From Callorhinchus milii (Eukaryota): DNA of 64,000 nucleotides. Positions 63,640 to 64,000 of this stretch are shown piece after piece. Made by a program: the position numbers and the translations under genes. The first letter of the stretch is position 1. Each line of letters starts with the position of its first letter. The DNA lies in NCBI RefSeq assembly GCF_018977255.1, contig NW_024704742.1, positions 23,934,001 through 23,998,000 of the forward strand, in the 5' to 3' direction. Under the pieces are notes generated by a model that saw only the letters and a program-made list of their open reading frames with translations, made no database searches and was not told the origin of the DNA.

Positions 63640-64000
63640 GGGAGAGAGATGGAGAGAGAGGGAGAGAGATGGAGAGAGGGGAGGGAGAGAGATGGAGGGA
63701 GGGAGGGAGAGAGATGGAGAGAGGGAGGGAGAGAGATGGAGAGAGGGAGGGAGAGAGATGGAGGGAGGGAGGGAGGGAGGGAGAGAGTGATGGAGAGAGG
63801 GAGGGGGAGAGAGATAGAGGGAGCGAGAGAGAGATAGAGAGAGAGGGAGAGAGAGGATGGAGGGAGGGGAGGGAGGGAGGGATATGGAGAGAGGGAGGGA
63901 GGGAGAGAGATGGAGGGAGGGAGAGAGATGGAGAGAGGGAGGAGGGAGTGAGAGAGAGAGAGGGAGTGAGATGGAGGGAGGGAGGGAGAGAGAGGGAGGG
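63640..64000. repeat. Polypurine (GA/GGGA/GATG) low-complexity tract
   Basis: Seen directly; runs to the window end. Confidence 0.95.

Overview
Vertebrate genomic DNA, most likely from a cartilaginous fish (chimaera/shark type, inferred from the repeat families). The only recognisable protein-coding gene is FBXW7 (or an FBXW7-like paralogue) on the minus strand. It has a beta-type first exon at ~62.6 kb, 10 shared coding exons (59439 down to 42282, all GT-AG) and a ~1.5 kb 3' UTR ending near 40.75 kb. The spliced ORF from the MGFYG start is 1662 nt (553 aa). The first ~40 kb has no recognisable gene and is filled with tRNA-derived SINEs, CR1 and L2 LINE fragments and small DNA-transposon relics. 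Most notable: (i) a zero-spacer p53 response element in the beta first exon whose CATG core also starts an out-of-frame uORF, in a region with no mammalian-type transmembrane N-terminus; (ii) a minimal hammerhead-ribozyme motif inside a Penelope-type hairpin repeat; (iii) a CpG-rich, promoter-like core inside a pogo/Tigger-like relic; (iv) a 34-bp templated insertion copied between neighbouring introns; (v) two CAGCAG tandem acceptors; (vi) a multi-layer transposon nest. I found no evidence for a wholly new multi-gene system. Repeat boundaries are approximate, and comparisons to human FBXW7 are from memory and need an alignment.
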